64,000 nucleotides of DNA, from assembly GCA_021613535.1 (NCBI GenBank), contig CP075494.1:13516001-13580000 (forward strand). Direction: 5' to 3'. The notes beneath the pieces were generated by a model that had not been told where the DNA came from, searched no databases, and saw only the letters and a list, made by a program, of their open reading frames with translations. This DNA is from Adineta vaga. Lineage: Eukaryota; Animalia; Rotifera. Of this stretch, positions 1-13,166 are shown piece by piece. The translations under genes were made by a program, and so were the position numbers. The number at the start of each line of letters is the position of its first letter. Position 1 is the first letter of the stretch.

Positions 1-517
1 TATATTAAGTCATGACTATCAAGTTTAGCTGTTGCTATTATCGTATAAGAAATATGATTATGAAGAATCTATTTTCAATATTTACGCAGGGATGAAAGAA
101 AATAAGATACTAAAATGCCTACGGCATCTTGACTTCCAAGTACTTTTCTAGCAAGCCCTTGACAAAAAAGAAAAATCTTTTCTACTATACAGGAGAAAAC
201 TTTTGTTGTTCATCTAGTTAGTAGTGTTTTTTTTTATCAACAGAATATTAAACATGGATAATATAAGTCATAAACTTTAAAATAAACAACTTTGAAGAAC
301 AAAAGTTTCTTTTTGTTCCGAGTAATTCTATTTTCAGATGTGTTGTAACACTTGTTATGTATTCTACGAATGCAAATGATATTTTAGGTGATTCTTCTGT
401 CATATATTCAAAGCAGAAACTAAAGATTGATATGAAATTTGCTTTTTTCCGCGAAAGAACTGAGACGAGGAATAGAAACTCACCTTGTGCTGCCCATGAC
501 CATAGTACTGCCATATC
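1..517 (-). CDS. Probable further small coding exons (3' part of the gene above or a separate gene), running off the window start
   Basis: Exon-like open segments with GT/AG flanks, e.g. FCFEYMTEESPKISFAFVEYITSVTTHLKIELLGTKRNF and LARKVLGSQDA. Splice phases are not fully resolved. Confidence 0.35.
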
Positions 518-734
518 TAAATGAAATATAGAGATTTTTCTTATATTTCATTGATTAGCAACAAAAGAGTCTGAGAAAATGAGATTTTTTTATTCCCTAT
601 TCTATTGATACATAAATGTAGCTTGCATCGTCCTGACTATACGAGTAATTTTTATAGTGCATACAGAAGATTATCAACATCAAGATGTTTTTTCGGCTCA
701 TGAATAAAATGTATATAAATATCGGTATATTTAC

Positions 735-1516
735 CTTCTTCTTCACTTCCATCACCTGATTCACTATTCTTTTTCGGTGTTGTTTTGCGTCGATTTCTGG
801 TCGTATCCATGGATTTACCATCTTCGTCATCCTCATCATCATCATCATCATCATCAAATTCATTACCTAATGTGAATATTTGCAATATTTTTGTATTACT
901 AAATTAATTCTAAACTTACGAACAAATCGACTATCGTTAACATCAAAATTTTGTGTATCTTCGATATCAGATATAATAAAAGCTAAAAAGATGAACAATT
1001 GATAAAGAAAACAAATGAATTGATCGATAAATTTCAAAACTAACGATTAGGTTTTTTGCTTCGTGTTATAACAGAATCGGTAGTTGATGATGTTAAAATT
1101 AAATCTTTTCTTTGTTTATAATCGTCATCGTTGTCTTCATGATCGTCAATGTCCTCAGATGATTCATCACTTTTATCGTCATTGACTACTTCCGCGTTAT
1201 TTTCCGACTGCATCGTACATTTACAACCAATACAATGATGATGATTAAATTGTTCTTTTAATTTTCTATTCACATCCTGTAATTGTTTATATTTTCGATA
1301 GATTTGATTGATATATTTCTCATTGATTTCATTGTATGCATTAATAATTTCATCAGTTAGTTCATATAGTTCTTCGATACGTTTACGTGCTTTCACATCG
1401 ATTGATTTCGAAGCTAAAGACATAGAAATCTATAAATAAATAAGTGAGATCTAATAAAATACACCACCTGATAGAGTAGCAGACGACAATCGTTTTGGAC
1501 TCGTACGTTTTCCCAT
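735..1516 (-). CDS. Unidentified spliced gene (5' exons): predicted coiled-coil, HHHCIGCKC motif, then acidic low-complexity region
   Basis: ATG at 1516 (MGKRTSPKRLSS...). Main exon overlaps ORF 1040-1423. Frame-consistent GT-AG joins lead to a small exon (FIISDIEDTQNFDVNDSRFV) and to the poly-D exon ending at 735. First intron boundary and 3' structure are uncertain. No family recognised. Confidence 0.55.
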
Positions 1517-1772
1517 AGTATGATTCTATTCAAATGAATTCAAATGTCAACAAATATCTTTGTGTGAGATTGTCGACAGATGCCACTGTAGTTTGCTAAC
1601 GATATTTCAAACAATGATGTATTGTTATTGAACAAAAACTTAAATTTTAATTTTAAAGAGAATTTTTTTTTTAATTTTATTTTTGATTTATTATGTTGAT
1701 ATGACAACAGAATGATCTGCGAAAAGACATGATGGCGCTTTTTGATCGTCTTCATCTTTTATAAACCGCAAA

Positions 1773-4700
1773 ATGAAGTATCAAGTAAGATGTGAAAAAA
1801 GATGCAGCGAAACGAAGCTTTTCTTATGGACATTTAGACTGAATATCAACGAAACTATCAAAAACGAACACCGAGAAAATTTCATGAACTTCCAATTGAA
1901 GAGAGAAAATTAAGCGAAGGTTTTTCTTCTAACTTATTTTTATGTGATTTTATTATTCTCTATTATCAGTATCGGCTCGACGTTCGGCATCATCACCATC
2001 ACGTCGTCGTGGTCGATCAGTACCAGCATCACCCGATCGAAATAATGCTAATTTTGCGGTTATTGGTCCGAATGAAAAATTTTCTCAATCACAATTGTAT
2101 CGTATGAAAGAACCAGTTAAAGATTATCCACGTGTAGCAAAATCACAAGAATTCGCTTTATTGGGAAAAAATTCTAAATTTGAAAATAATGTTGTTTATC
2201 CATTACGAAAGCCTGTTATAAGTAATTCACCTCGAGTAAGATTTTCTCACATCTATTCAATCAGTTGAATAGAAATGGCCTTGATTCTACGTTCCTTTAT
2301 GAATAGGTTGTCGTACGACGACGAAAAAGTGAAAATCATTCGTGTGGTATTCAGACTGTAAGTAGTATCATTAGCAATAGAGTAAAGTCTATTACTATAG
2401 TGCAAAAATTTAGAATCTGAAAAGAACAACTAGTGCTTCATTTGACCCTCGATATAAACGAGATAAGGCTTCTCAACGAGTAAGTTACATCTGTACTGAT
2501 CTATAAAAGTCAATTCTTGATTTTATTCAATGTCATAGAAAAGAAATACGCCATTAAGTGAATATAAACAACAATATGATTGGAAACAACCAGCAACTAC
2601 TTCGCTTAGTTATCAAATACCAAATGAAGATGTAAAAGTAATTAATCTCTCTATCTCTCTCTCTCTTATTATCTCATTTAAAAAAATTAATCTATTTGTT
2701 TCTAGGATGAACGACAATCGAATTCAAAAGTATCTTCATCTGCTGTTGAGCGACCTGGAAAAACGTCTGTTGCTGTCAATACACCAGCACGAGTAGAAAT
2801 CGATGTTAACAGAGTTTCAAAACCAGCACATCAAGCTGCAGTAGCTCGTCCAGCAAAACCATTTCGTCCAAAACGCGATGAAACAACTGAATATCGAGCA
2901 CGTTATAAACCAACTGTAATTGAACCAAAACAGCCTAGAAGACAGAAAGCATTCGAAGCAGAACAAGTAGATGAACGAAGAAAACGTCAAGAAGTTCCCC
3001 ACGTCGAACAATCACGTTCGGATGATGAAGGTACTGGTGGAGTTGTAAATTTAGGAAATGAATTTCGACAAAAATATCCACATGGAAAATTAAGGTTAGA
3101 GATAGATAAACGAAATTTTCATGTTATTGAATATATTATCTATTTCATAGACGTTGGAAATCAGAATATCAATCAACCTATAAACCATTCTGGCGTTTTG
3201 ATTATAAAGATGGTAAATGGTATAAAGATACAGCTACAGTAAGTGAATTGATTTCCTATTACAGATTATCTAATTACTTAATTCTTCAGGACGAAAAAGG
3301 TTTTAATCCGAATTTGTTCTGGTATAAAGAATTAATGTCTACACGTAAACGAGCAGATGAATTTCGTTCAAAAGCAGAAACCGATCATTTTAATCCTGAT
3401 CATACTCTTCAGCTACAAACAGGTTATGGTACGAATAATTATCAAGCATGGGATATCGAAGATGATAGAGATGAAGATAGTGATAGCGTCATTTCGATTG
3501 ATCGGTGAGATATCTCTTCCTAGGAAATATAAGACATTTTCTTATTCGGTAACTTTTGTAGAGATTTAGAACGAGAACGAATCGAAGGTGAACGACGTCG
3601 AGAAAAAGATGCTCGACGAAATCAAGCTGAACAAATTCGTTATGAAAAGTATGATTAGAGAAATGACCTAGTGCATTTCATCGGTATTCACTCTATATTC
3701 TTCTATTATAGACCAAAACAACGGGAAAAATCAGCAAGATGTCAAACTGATCCCGTAGTGCAGACTGATCATCAAGTTGATCGAGTTATTTATGTTGATG
3801 AACCTTTACCAAAACAACCAAGTTCCGCAACTAAAGCCTTTGTGCGTAATCTAGGCTCATCATCTGTTCAACAACATATGTCTTGGGATTCGGAAAGTCT
3901 CTATAGCCAACAATCCAATTCAGATATGTTCGTTTCTATATTATAAAGAAATCAAATAAAAGAGAATTTTATTTTCATAGAGATTCTTATCGTCGTCATG
4001 ATAGAACTGATAATTCAAAACATCGAACGAATATTATTCGTCGTACCTCACCAAAAAAACGTGAATCTCGAGGAACAGGAACTCATTCACCACTTCCAAG
4101 TGAACGACCACAAAGAACAATCACTTCACCTCATATCAATGATCGTCGAACTCATGTATGAATTCATTCTTTTTGTCATTCGAAAATCAATTACATTCTG
4201 TTTATCATATAGCAAAATGGAACCAATGCACATAGTATTCGTCCAGCAACAAGTTCGCATGATACTTGCAATGCGACAGGTCGACCAAGTTATGATTCTC
4301 AATCATATGATAGACGTCCTCATACAAGTATGAATGAATGTAAGTATTGACAACTCATACTTCTTTTCAATGAATCATTCTTTTATAAATAGATTGCACA
4401 TATCCAGGTAGTCGATTTAAAGATGAAGTGACAGATTACTATTACGGTGGAATTGACTACAAACAACAGCAACAAAATCATTCATATGCAGCAACACCAA
4501 ACCCATCCTATCCTAATCATGCTCAATCATCCGATCAACATTATGGTCAAACATATAAAACACAAAATAAAGGTAAGATTGATATATATATATATATTCC
4601 ATTACAATATACCTTTTTTATCATTTCAAACTATAGAAGATGACGTTCTTTCGGTTAATTCTGCTCGATCATTATCAACAAGTTGTAGTTTAGCATCGCA

Positions 4701-4800
4701 AACTCTCGAACGTGCTCATAAAAATCTCAATAAATATTGGGATGATAAATCTCCATCATCGCTCTCTTCACCAAAAAAGACATTTAATGCTAAGCATTAA
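1773..4800 (+). CDS. MDM1: MDM1 (SAXO6)-like microtubule-binding centriolar/ciliary protein, multi-exon
   Basis: Spliced translation gives repeated (S/T)EY motifs: TEYQRNY, SEYKQQYDWK, TEYRARYKP, SEYQSTYKPF. It also has the MDM1-type block WYKELMSTRKRADEFRSKAETDHFNPDH...WD and the MDM1-type C-terminus DDVLSVNSARSLSTSCSLASQTLERAHKNLNKYW. Stop TAA at 4798-4800; AATAAA at 5046. Confidence 0.85.
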
Positions 4801-5294
4801 TCAATAATTATGAAAAGAATTCCATTCATTTGCGTCTATTTCTTCTTCGTTTTTTCTACGTTTTGATATAATTTTGTATTGTCATACTTTTAGTTTTTGT
4901 GTACATCTGCTTCTCATTATTCTTAACGCAAACACTCATCGTTTTTCTTTCTCCTCGTACTTCTTCTTCATTGTGTGAATTAGTGTTTTTTTTTCGTATT
5001 GCTAACAGTAGATTTGTGATATCTTACTAATCCATACACAAGAAAAATAAAATAGTTTTTTAGCATATGGGAACAGTAGATTTTAGTCAAAAGTTGTTTG
5101 CTTTTTTAAATAAATTCAAATCATTTTTCATGTATTGGATGCATTCAGTCTTATATTTTGTCGTTTATTTAACGAAAGATATAATAATCATGATTGACTG
5201 TAAGACATATATTGAGATGACTATATTCCAGATGCTAAGTTGCAAAAGATGTCGTGTAGTACGAAGGAAAAATGTGCCATAGAGAAAGGAGGTT

Positions 5295-5308
5295 GGTCTC
5301 ATAGCAAT
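5295..5308 (+). promoter_or_regulatory. Possible RFX X-box upstream of PACRG
   Basis: GGTCTCATAGCAAT has 2 mismatches to GTHNYYATRRNAAC and lies ~100 bp upstream of the ATG of a ciliary gene. Confidence 0.3.
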
Positions 5309-5406
5309 GAGTTTTTCTAATGGTTGTCGTCAACAAATAATAAAGAAAAGAAAGAGTATACCACTTGTGTAAAATCGCAACACTCTCAAGAGCTCAACAA
5401 CAAATC

Positions 5407-6414
5407 ATGGCTACAGCGACATCGCCCCGTCGTCAAACGAATGCTCGATTACGACAAAGTGAACCTTTAGAAACGGATGGTTTTACTGTAAAATCTCTTT
5501 TAAAAAATGCTAAAGTAATTGTTTTTTAATCTCTATGAAATTTGATATTTTCATGAAGAAAGTGCTATTCTAGGTGAATGCACCACCACGAGCTGAAGCA
5601 ACACGTATTCGTAACAGTAAACCAACAGCTTTTCGTAAATTTTATGAACGTGGTGATTTTCCAATAGCACTTGAACATGATACAAAAGGCAATAAAATTG
5701 CTTGGAAAGTACGTAAATAGAAATTTCCATCTGACAAATTTTTTATTAAAAAACTTTCTTTAGGTTGAAATTGAAAAACTTGATTATCATCACTATCTAC
5801 CATTATTCTTCGATGGTCTATGTGAAATTGATCATCCTTGGGATTTTTTTGCTCGACAAGGTATTCATGATATGCTTGAACATGGTGGTAACAAAATTCT
5901 TCCTGTTATTCCACAATTAATCGTTCCAATTAAAAGTATATATATAAAATCATGTTAGACTTGAATAGAAAGAATATTTAACAAAATTTTGTTTAGATGC
6001 CTTAAATACACGAAATCATAAAGTTATTTGTACAACATTGAAAATTCTTCAACAATTAGTTACATCAGGTGATATGATTGGAGAAGCACTTGTTCCTTAT
6101 TATCGTCAAATTCTACCAATATTTAATCTTTTTAAAAATTGGAATTGTAAATAATCATCGTACTTTTTTAACGAATTGATTCAATCAATTGTTTGTCTTT
6201 TGTAGCAAATTTGGGTGATCACATCGAATATGGTCAACAACGACGTGAAAACTTAGGAGATTTAATCAATGAAACACTCGAAGCATTCGAACGACATGGT
6301 GGTGAAGATGCCTTTATTAATATCAAGTATACTTTTGATTTTTCATAAGACAAAATCTACTTTTTCTTCTTTAGATATATGATTCCTACTTATGAATCAT
6401 GCATGCTTAATTAA
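5407..6414 (+). CDS. PACRG: Parkin co-regulated gene protein (axonemal inner-junction protein), 6 coding exons
   Basis: Spliced translation contains [69 protein letters not shown] and [22 protein letters not shown]. Missed by the ORF track because the exons are short. AATAAA at 6557. Confidence 0.97.
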
Positions 6415-7616
6415 TCGATTCGTAAATTATCATGGTTTTCGATCTTTAATCGTCTCTTTTTTTTTCTAGAAAATAATCTTCTTCTTGATATTTTTTCATG
6501 AACAATCATCTGTATTGTACTATATTTTTTTGACAGAGAGAATATAGTGAAAGTGGAATAAATTGATCTTGACATGTTTACGCGTATAATAGATATTGAA
6601 CAGTTTCTTATCAGAATTTCTAGTTACTTCAATGACAAAATATTGAGAGAAACTATTTAAGATGAAAAAAATTCCATGAATGGATTTTTCTTAAGGCAAG
6701 AAATGAACTTGAAAGAATAAATAACAAAAGTAAGTACTTACGAGGTTATAGTAACAGATATTGATAGAGAAAACGAAATAAATGAAGAGAAAGAAAATTT
6801 TTGAAATTGAAGACTCTAGAAATTAAAGTAAACATAACTTGAAATAAAACTTCGGTAATCTAATTGAATAATTAAGTACACATATGATAGTAACTATTAA
6901 TGATTGTTTTGTAGAAATGTACATGTAGATAGCGTGAACATGTCTCTATCTATCTATTTTTCACACAGAATGATCAATTGTCTTTATATCCAAGACATGT
7001 CGACTGATTACGAAGAAAAATTCCAGAAGATAGGTAAAAGTATCTTTCGGCTTTTATCGGAGATTTTGATGTATTTAGCTGAAAAATGAGACCTAGTTAA
7101 AACAACTGCTTAGTTTATTTAAATTCTAAAAAATAAAAGATAATTGCACGGTAAAATTAGTAAATCGTCGCCCAACTTTATAATCTTCGAAACAAATGGA
7201 ATATAGGTCTCCAAATACGAGCTAATACCACTGGGAAAACACTGGAAATTGGTACAGCATTAAGCAACGTTTTCACTTCCTTTCTACAGTATCTTGAAGA
7301 ATCTGGCGGCTGCACATTATTGCTTACCTGAAATAGAAAGGTTTATCTTCAATGTTTTAAATTAAAGTTCTTTGCAGACCATAGACCTTTGGACATAGTC
7401 CTTCTGTTCTTATGTGAAATCAACTTGTTTGTATCTCGTCATACCGTAGTACGAATGTTTTCTGAAAAACTCCGTCTATGTCAGAATTTAAACTTTAATT
7501 TCAAGACGATGAGTAAAATATATGGGTATTCAATCTTGTTTGCCGAAACATATATTTTGTTGAAGAAAAAGATTATTCTCGATTATACAGTTTTTATTTA
7601 CAGCAAATGAACAAAT

Positions 7617-8708
7617 TTAAATTGGTGTATATAATAAATAATTTTGTAATTTAACAGTTGGTACTATTGAAGCAATCGTGCAGGTTTTGAGATTTTTCAG
7701 ATTTTGTCGAATTAGAAAGCGACATAAATCTTTCAATTCAAATACATGTTTAATTGAGTATTCTATTTGATTTAAACATGGTTGAATATCATTATCGATT
7801 AATGGAATCAATAAAGGTGGAGATGCAACAGAAAGATATTGAAGTTTTCTTTCAAATTTCAATACATGTCTCATTTGAAGTTCTTTCAGAAACAATGATA
7901 TATAATTATGATTAAAGTGCTGTAACATTATTTTCTTCGATGAGTCAAGTCCATAATATTCATCATTTTTACAAAGTAATAAATTCGTTCGAATCAAATA
8001 AATTAATAAATTTAAAAGTTCATCAAGGACCATTCGACGTAAATGATATTTTAATATAAGAAGTAAATATTCATTAAGTAAAAGATAATCTTCAACATTG
8101 ATGTAAACAATTTGTGCTGATGATGTTAATGTAGCAATATCCAATGTACGTAAACATGCACAATTGGATTCAAGTAAAAGTTGAATGATTGCAAATGATT
8201 TATTCATTGTTGTTTCAATAGCAACATACAAATATGAGTGTCCAGTAGAATTACCTGAAGAAAAAGTTGATTCTTTTTTTTTTCTCTAATAGAAAATTTA
8301 CAAATAACCTTGAAAAAGATCACAACCATATCGAATCAATAAATCAACCATATCCAATCGTCCCATTAGAATTGCATGTTCTAAATAACTCATTCCATAC
8401 TGATCTCGATGATTGATATCAATATCTGAAGTATTTAATAAACGTGTCATCGATTCAATATTTCCACGTGACACTGCAATTTGCATTGATTGAATCGAAC
8501 GATCTTGTTTACTTTTTTCATGCGAATGTAAATAATGAAGATTCGATCTTGTACAATTAAAATTCTCTATTGAATTATTTTGTTGTTTAATTGAATCATT
8601 ATTATTACTATCGACATTAGAATCAAAATGTTCATCAAGACGAATTGTTGATGCAGCAGTATCAGAAGAAAATACACGAGAAAATAATGATCGAGCACGG
8701 GTTAACAT
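7617..8708 (-). CDS. Ankyrin repeat and SOCS box protein (ASB-like), 2 coding exons (8708-8309, 8254-7617)
   Basis: Ankyrin-like repeats (AVSRGNIESMTRLLN, DINHRDQYGMSYLEHAILMGRLDMVDLLIRYGCD, GHSYLYVAI) and a C-terminal SOCS box (VFELKDLCRFLIRQNL...VPTVKLQNYLLY). Phase-1 GT-AG intron at 8308-8255. Confidence 0.8.
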
Positions 8709-9737
8709 CTAGAATAATTTCAATGAAACATATATACTAAATTATTAGAATAACAATTAGTGTCAACTTGAATCTTGTAGTAACGCCCACTAAACTACAA
8801 TGTACCGACATATGATGTTCTATTCATTCGAATATGTAATTAACTATCCACATGATCTCTGAACTTCTGTATAATAACTAAAATAGAGAATAGATTTTTT
8901 GAATATATGTATATATTTGATATTTTCACTCACTTTTTATGATATAATCAGTTAATGGTATTTTGTTGGTCTTTATTTCGTTCACATATTTGTCTTTAGC
9001 AAACGAAATATGAGTCTTTCATGTGAGAAACACACATGCGTGCAATGAGGCGCGAATCACTGAATCTTCTTCATTTGCTTAATGTCGTTCTTTTCTTTCG
9101 TTTTTTTTCTCTCTTTCTTCATACAGTAAGATTAACTTTTCATTTTAACCAACAAGCATTCGATTGTCCTTGTTTCTTCTCTCGATTCAAGTATATTTCG
9201 TTTCTTTTTCAATTCCAATGTGATTGTGTTGGTAAGACATGAAAGAAAAATTTTCTCCTGATGACTGTCCTTTCAATTAATACTCAATTGCATACGAGTA
9301 AATGGAAGAAGAAAAAGTAAATCAGTTATTTATTCAAATGTAATACTAATTTATGTCTATATTAATCATAAATAGATCTAAGATTTATGAAAGACCGTTA
9401 CAGGTCGCAAGAAATGAAATAAAACGGTCGTAGATCATGGCCATAGACTGTGAATGTCAAAACCATGACCAGCAAAAGGTTGATCACGCTAATTTTATTT
9501 TATTATGTTTCATTTTCTTCTGTGTCTGATTTAAAAACCATGAATAATTTTAATTCATTTCAATGGATGTTGATCTGAAAGTATTGTAAATATTTCAAAT
9601 GAATATAAATATTCTATTCTCGATCATGTTAGAAATTCTTTTTTTTTAATCTTATTTAAATATATACTGATTCAAAAGCGAAAAAAAAGACTGAAAATTT
9701 TTATTAAATTCATATACAATTAACAAAAATTTAGTAA

Positions 9738-12700
9738 TTAATGTAATCGATTGAGATGCATGAGCAGTTTTTTCTGCCAAAAGTCATTATGAATAGTAAT
9801 TGCATCACATTGAATTGAAAAATGTCTGATAGGAATATTTGTAAAGCGTTTACCACCAGAATTATACCTATTCAAAATAAAACACGAATATTAATCGTAA
9901 AAAAATATTTCGCTATTTTCTGTTTTTGAAATACATACTTATACCATTTTTCTACCATAATTTCAGTTATAATATTAGGTCCAATTCCGTATAATTTTTC
10001 GATAATATCTGTTTCAGGTATGTACACATAAACAGCACGAAATTGTAGACGATGATCACGAAAGAGAAGAACGAAATGTCTAGCTTCCGATAATTCAATT
10101 TCCTAGTTCAGAAAAAAGTTTTCTTTTTCATGTGAGAAAATATGTATTATATCTTACTCGAGAAACAATCTCACGTTGACGTTCATTAGTTGGACCAGCT
10201 AGGGCGACTTGTTTAAGTGAATTTAATATTGCTTGTTTATTTGTTTTTGTCAATATATGTGATTGACTTCGTGCAAGATGTGATCCTTTATAAGAAAGAA
10301 AATGTTTATGAATTCAAAAGACAAGATTGCAAAGATATTTTACCTAATGGTATTGATAAAGCCAATGATGAGACTGAACCAGTTAATGGTGAATCGATGG
10401 TTAAATCAAAAGGATCTTCAAGAAGATTATATCCATGTAGATGATGATGTTGTTGTTGTTGCTGTTGTTGTGAACATCTCTTATTACTTAACACCGATAG
10501 ATTTATTAGACTTCCACCAAATGCGGATGCTGGTTTAGTTATCGGTCTTAATGGACCTGTAGCTTTGGAATGTAATGATGTAAATGATTGATAATGTTCA
10601 TTTAGATTACAGATACTAGCTGCTCGATTCATTTTTGATCGAGATGAATTTGTTGATGCTAAGACACTTGGTGAGACTAAATCAAATTTAGTAAAACCTC
10701 GTTTTGGTGTTTGATCTAAAATTTCAAATTGAAATGCATATAAATGACAAACAAAGAATATGAAAGTTACTTGATTTTTTTCCACTAGCAATACTTATTA
10801 AATCAAATGTAGAATCACCAAAACTCACATCATCATATGAGACAAAAGATGTCACGGATGCTTTACGTTTCAAACGACTTCGATTTCGAGCAGCAGCAAA
10901 ATAGTAATCATGTATAGATGGAGGATCAGCTTCTAAACGTTTTTGTTCTTTATGTGCTTGCAATATAGTATTACGACGAAGATCAGTTTCTTGTCGACGT
11001 TGAGAAGTATATTCTTCATAAAGTCGATATTCATTCTGACGTTCATAAGCTGTTGTTAATCGTTCATTTCTTCGAATTAATTGTGTTTCACGGCGAAGAA
11101 TTTGTCGACGAATAAGTGCCTCTTTTCTCGCTTGCATTCGTTCAAGATCTTGTGGCTAAAGTTAAATGAAACAAATGCAATTGTTAAGATTAGGTCAACA
11201 GATACTTACAGTTAATGGATCACCAAGAGGTATAAAAACGAGACTTTCACCAAAAATTGGTATATCTTCAGGTTCTAAAATAGAGAAAGAAATTATAAAT
11301 GTAATTCTGTATATGTGAAACGAAAGTTCGAATGGATTGATTGTAATAACTAATAATCTGATCTTAAGATGATTGAATATATATATATATATATATATAT
11401 GCATACTAAGGTTATATTTGTATTAAAGATTCAGTTGAGAAATCTTTTCTTTACACGTCTAATAGAGAGCATGACAAATTTTATGTTGATTATGATTGAT
11501 GATTCTACTATTAACTCATGAAGTGTTCATATACAGATGATGAGAGACATTCATATTCAATTCATGGTTCAACATTCTCACTATGTATTTTGTTCGTTGA
11601 AAAGAAAAATAGGCGTTACCGTTTGCTTTCTCTTCCATTATAATTGATTTTGGATGTTCATTAGTGACACGTCCACTTGAGAATTTTTGTAATTTATCTT
11701 TAATATCACTTAATTCAGCACTCAATTTATTTAATGCTGGTGTTGAATGATATTGATTTTTATTATTATTAGATAAATATGATGATCTTTCTGCAGTGTT
11801 AGTACGTCGATTAACGGTAATATTTGCCGGTGGTACAGCTGCTTTAATATGCACATCTAAAATTTCACTTCCGAATTGTTTCTTCCACAATTCTCGTACA
11901 ACTTGAATAATTGCCAGCATTTCTTCCTTCGATAATGGTTTACTTAGATCGATCATGGCGGCATTTTTTGTTGTAGAATCAATCATATCTTCGTTATGTG
12001 TGGTTTTCGTACCATCACTTAAACCTGAATCACTTGGTGATTCTTCCATTAAACATGGTAATATGGAAGGAGAATGATAAGGATATGATGCTGATGTTGA
12101 TGGTGCTGGTTCATCATGTGGAAGATAAACATTCTGATCAGAAGAGATTTGAAAATCCAGTTGAGAACGTTCGTTTTCATAAAGATTTACCTCAAGTACA
12201 GAATTTTCTAAACATGATGGAGGAGGAGGCCATGCTTGATCTCCTACTACAGTTGTAGATTGCACTTGATCAGATGTAGCAGAAGACGATGATGCGGATG
12301 ATGCGGATAGATGACGACATAGACGTTGTTTTTTGGCATCAAGTAAAGCTCTAGAAAAATCAAAACATGTAATCAATCATTACATATTGTTCAATATAGG
12401 GAAGACTCATACGAATTAAGATATTGATCTTACTTTTTTTATGTATGTCATTTTGCATATACATATTCAAAATCATATACTTAATCGATTTGAATATGTG
12501 CAGTCTATCTATAGTTCTTCATTTTTATTTCATGTCATTTACTGTCTTAAGTTTTAATTTATGCCTATGCATATCAATAGTCATGCAATGTCTACACGAT
12601 GATGAATTCTTCTTGACAAACTCGTACAATTGTCCTTTTGTTCATTGCTACTCGTTATGTTATTGTTTTTTGTAACAAATTCTTCTCAAGTAGCAATCAG

Positions 12701-13166
12701 ACATGTGTCACAATTATTTCTGTAAACATAACAATTGAATGACAATCTATCGATATCAGTTAATTAAAACGAAAAATTACATCATAATGAATCCAATGAA
12801 GAACTATTCTTACCGAACATGATGTAATTTTTCTTGTATATCATTATTATCCGATGGAGACAATGATGTCATTTGATTTTTCGAAGCAGTTATATTTGCA
12901 TCTAAACGTGATTTTGCTTGTGCTTGCCACGTGGTTGTTTGTGGTTTCATGACGACAGGTGATTTAATTGGCGCAAAAATTGTTGGAAGAGTTCGACATG
13001 ATGCTGATGGTGTTCGAAAATCACATAAAGATGATGATAATGGAGAATATAATTCATTTGTTTTATTTTGATAAGCATGATGACTTTGAGCAATCCAACG
13101 TGAAACGTAACTTGTTGGTGCTGTAGCTTCAGCAGTTGAAGTATTAAGAACAGTCGTCATTCTCAT
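9738..13166 (-). CDS. CAMSAP: CAMSAP/Patronin-family microtubule minus-end protein (coiled coils + CKK domain), ~8 coding exons
   Basis: The last exons encode a clear CKK domain: KTNKQAILNSLKQVALAGPTNERQ...HFVLLFRDHRLQFRAVYVY...KLYGIGPNIITEIMVEKWYKYNSGGKRFTNIP...DAITIHNDFWQ. Upstream exons give CC1/CC2/CC3-like segments (RALLDAKKQRL; LNKLSAELSDIKDKLQKFS; ERMQARKEALIRRQILRRE). All joins are frame-consistent. Confidence 0.9.
11378..11400. repeat. (TA)n microsatellite in a CAMSAP intron
   Basis: Direct observation: ~11 TA units. Confidence 0.9.

Noticed and set aside
7088-7211. GAGACCTA...TAGGTCTC inverted repeat as a MITE
   Set aside because: Only 8 bp, with no clear target-site duplication and no second copy in the window.
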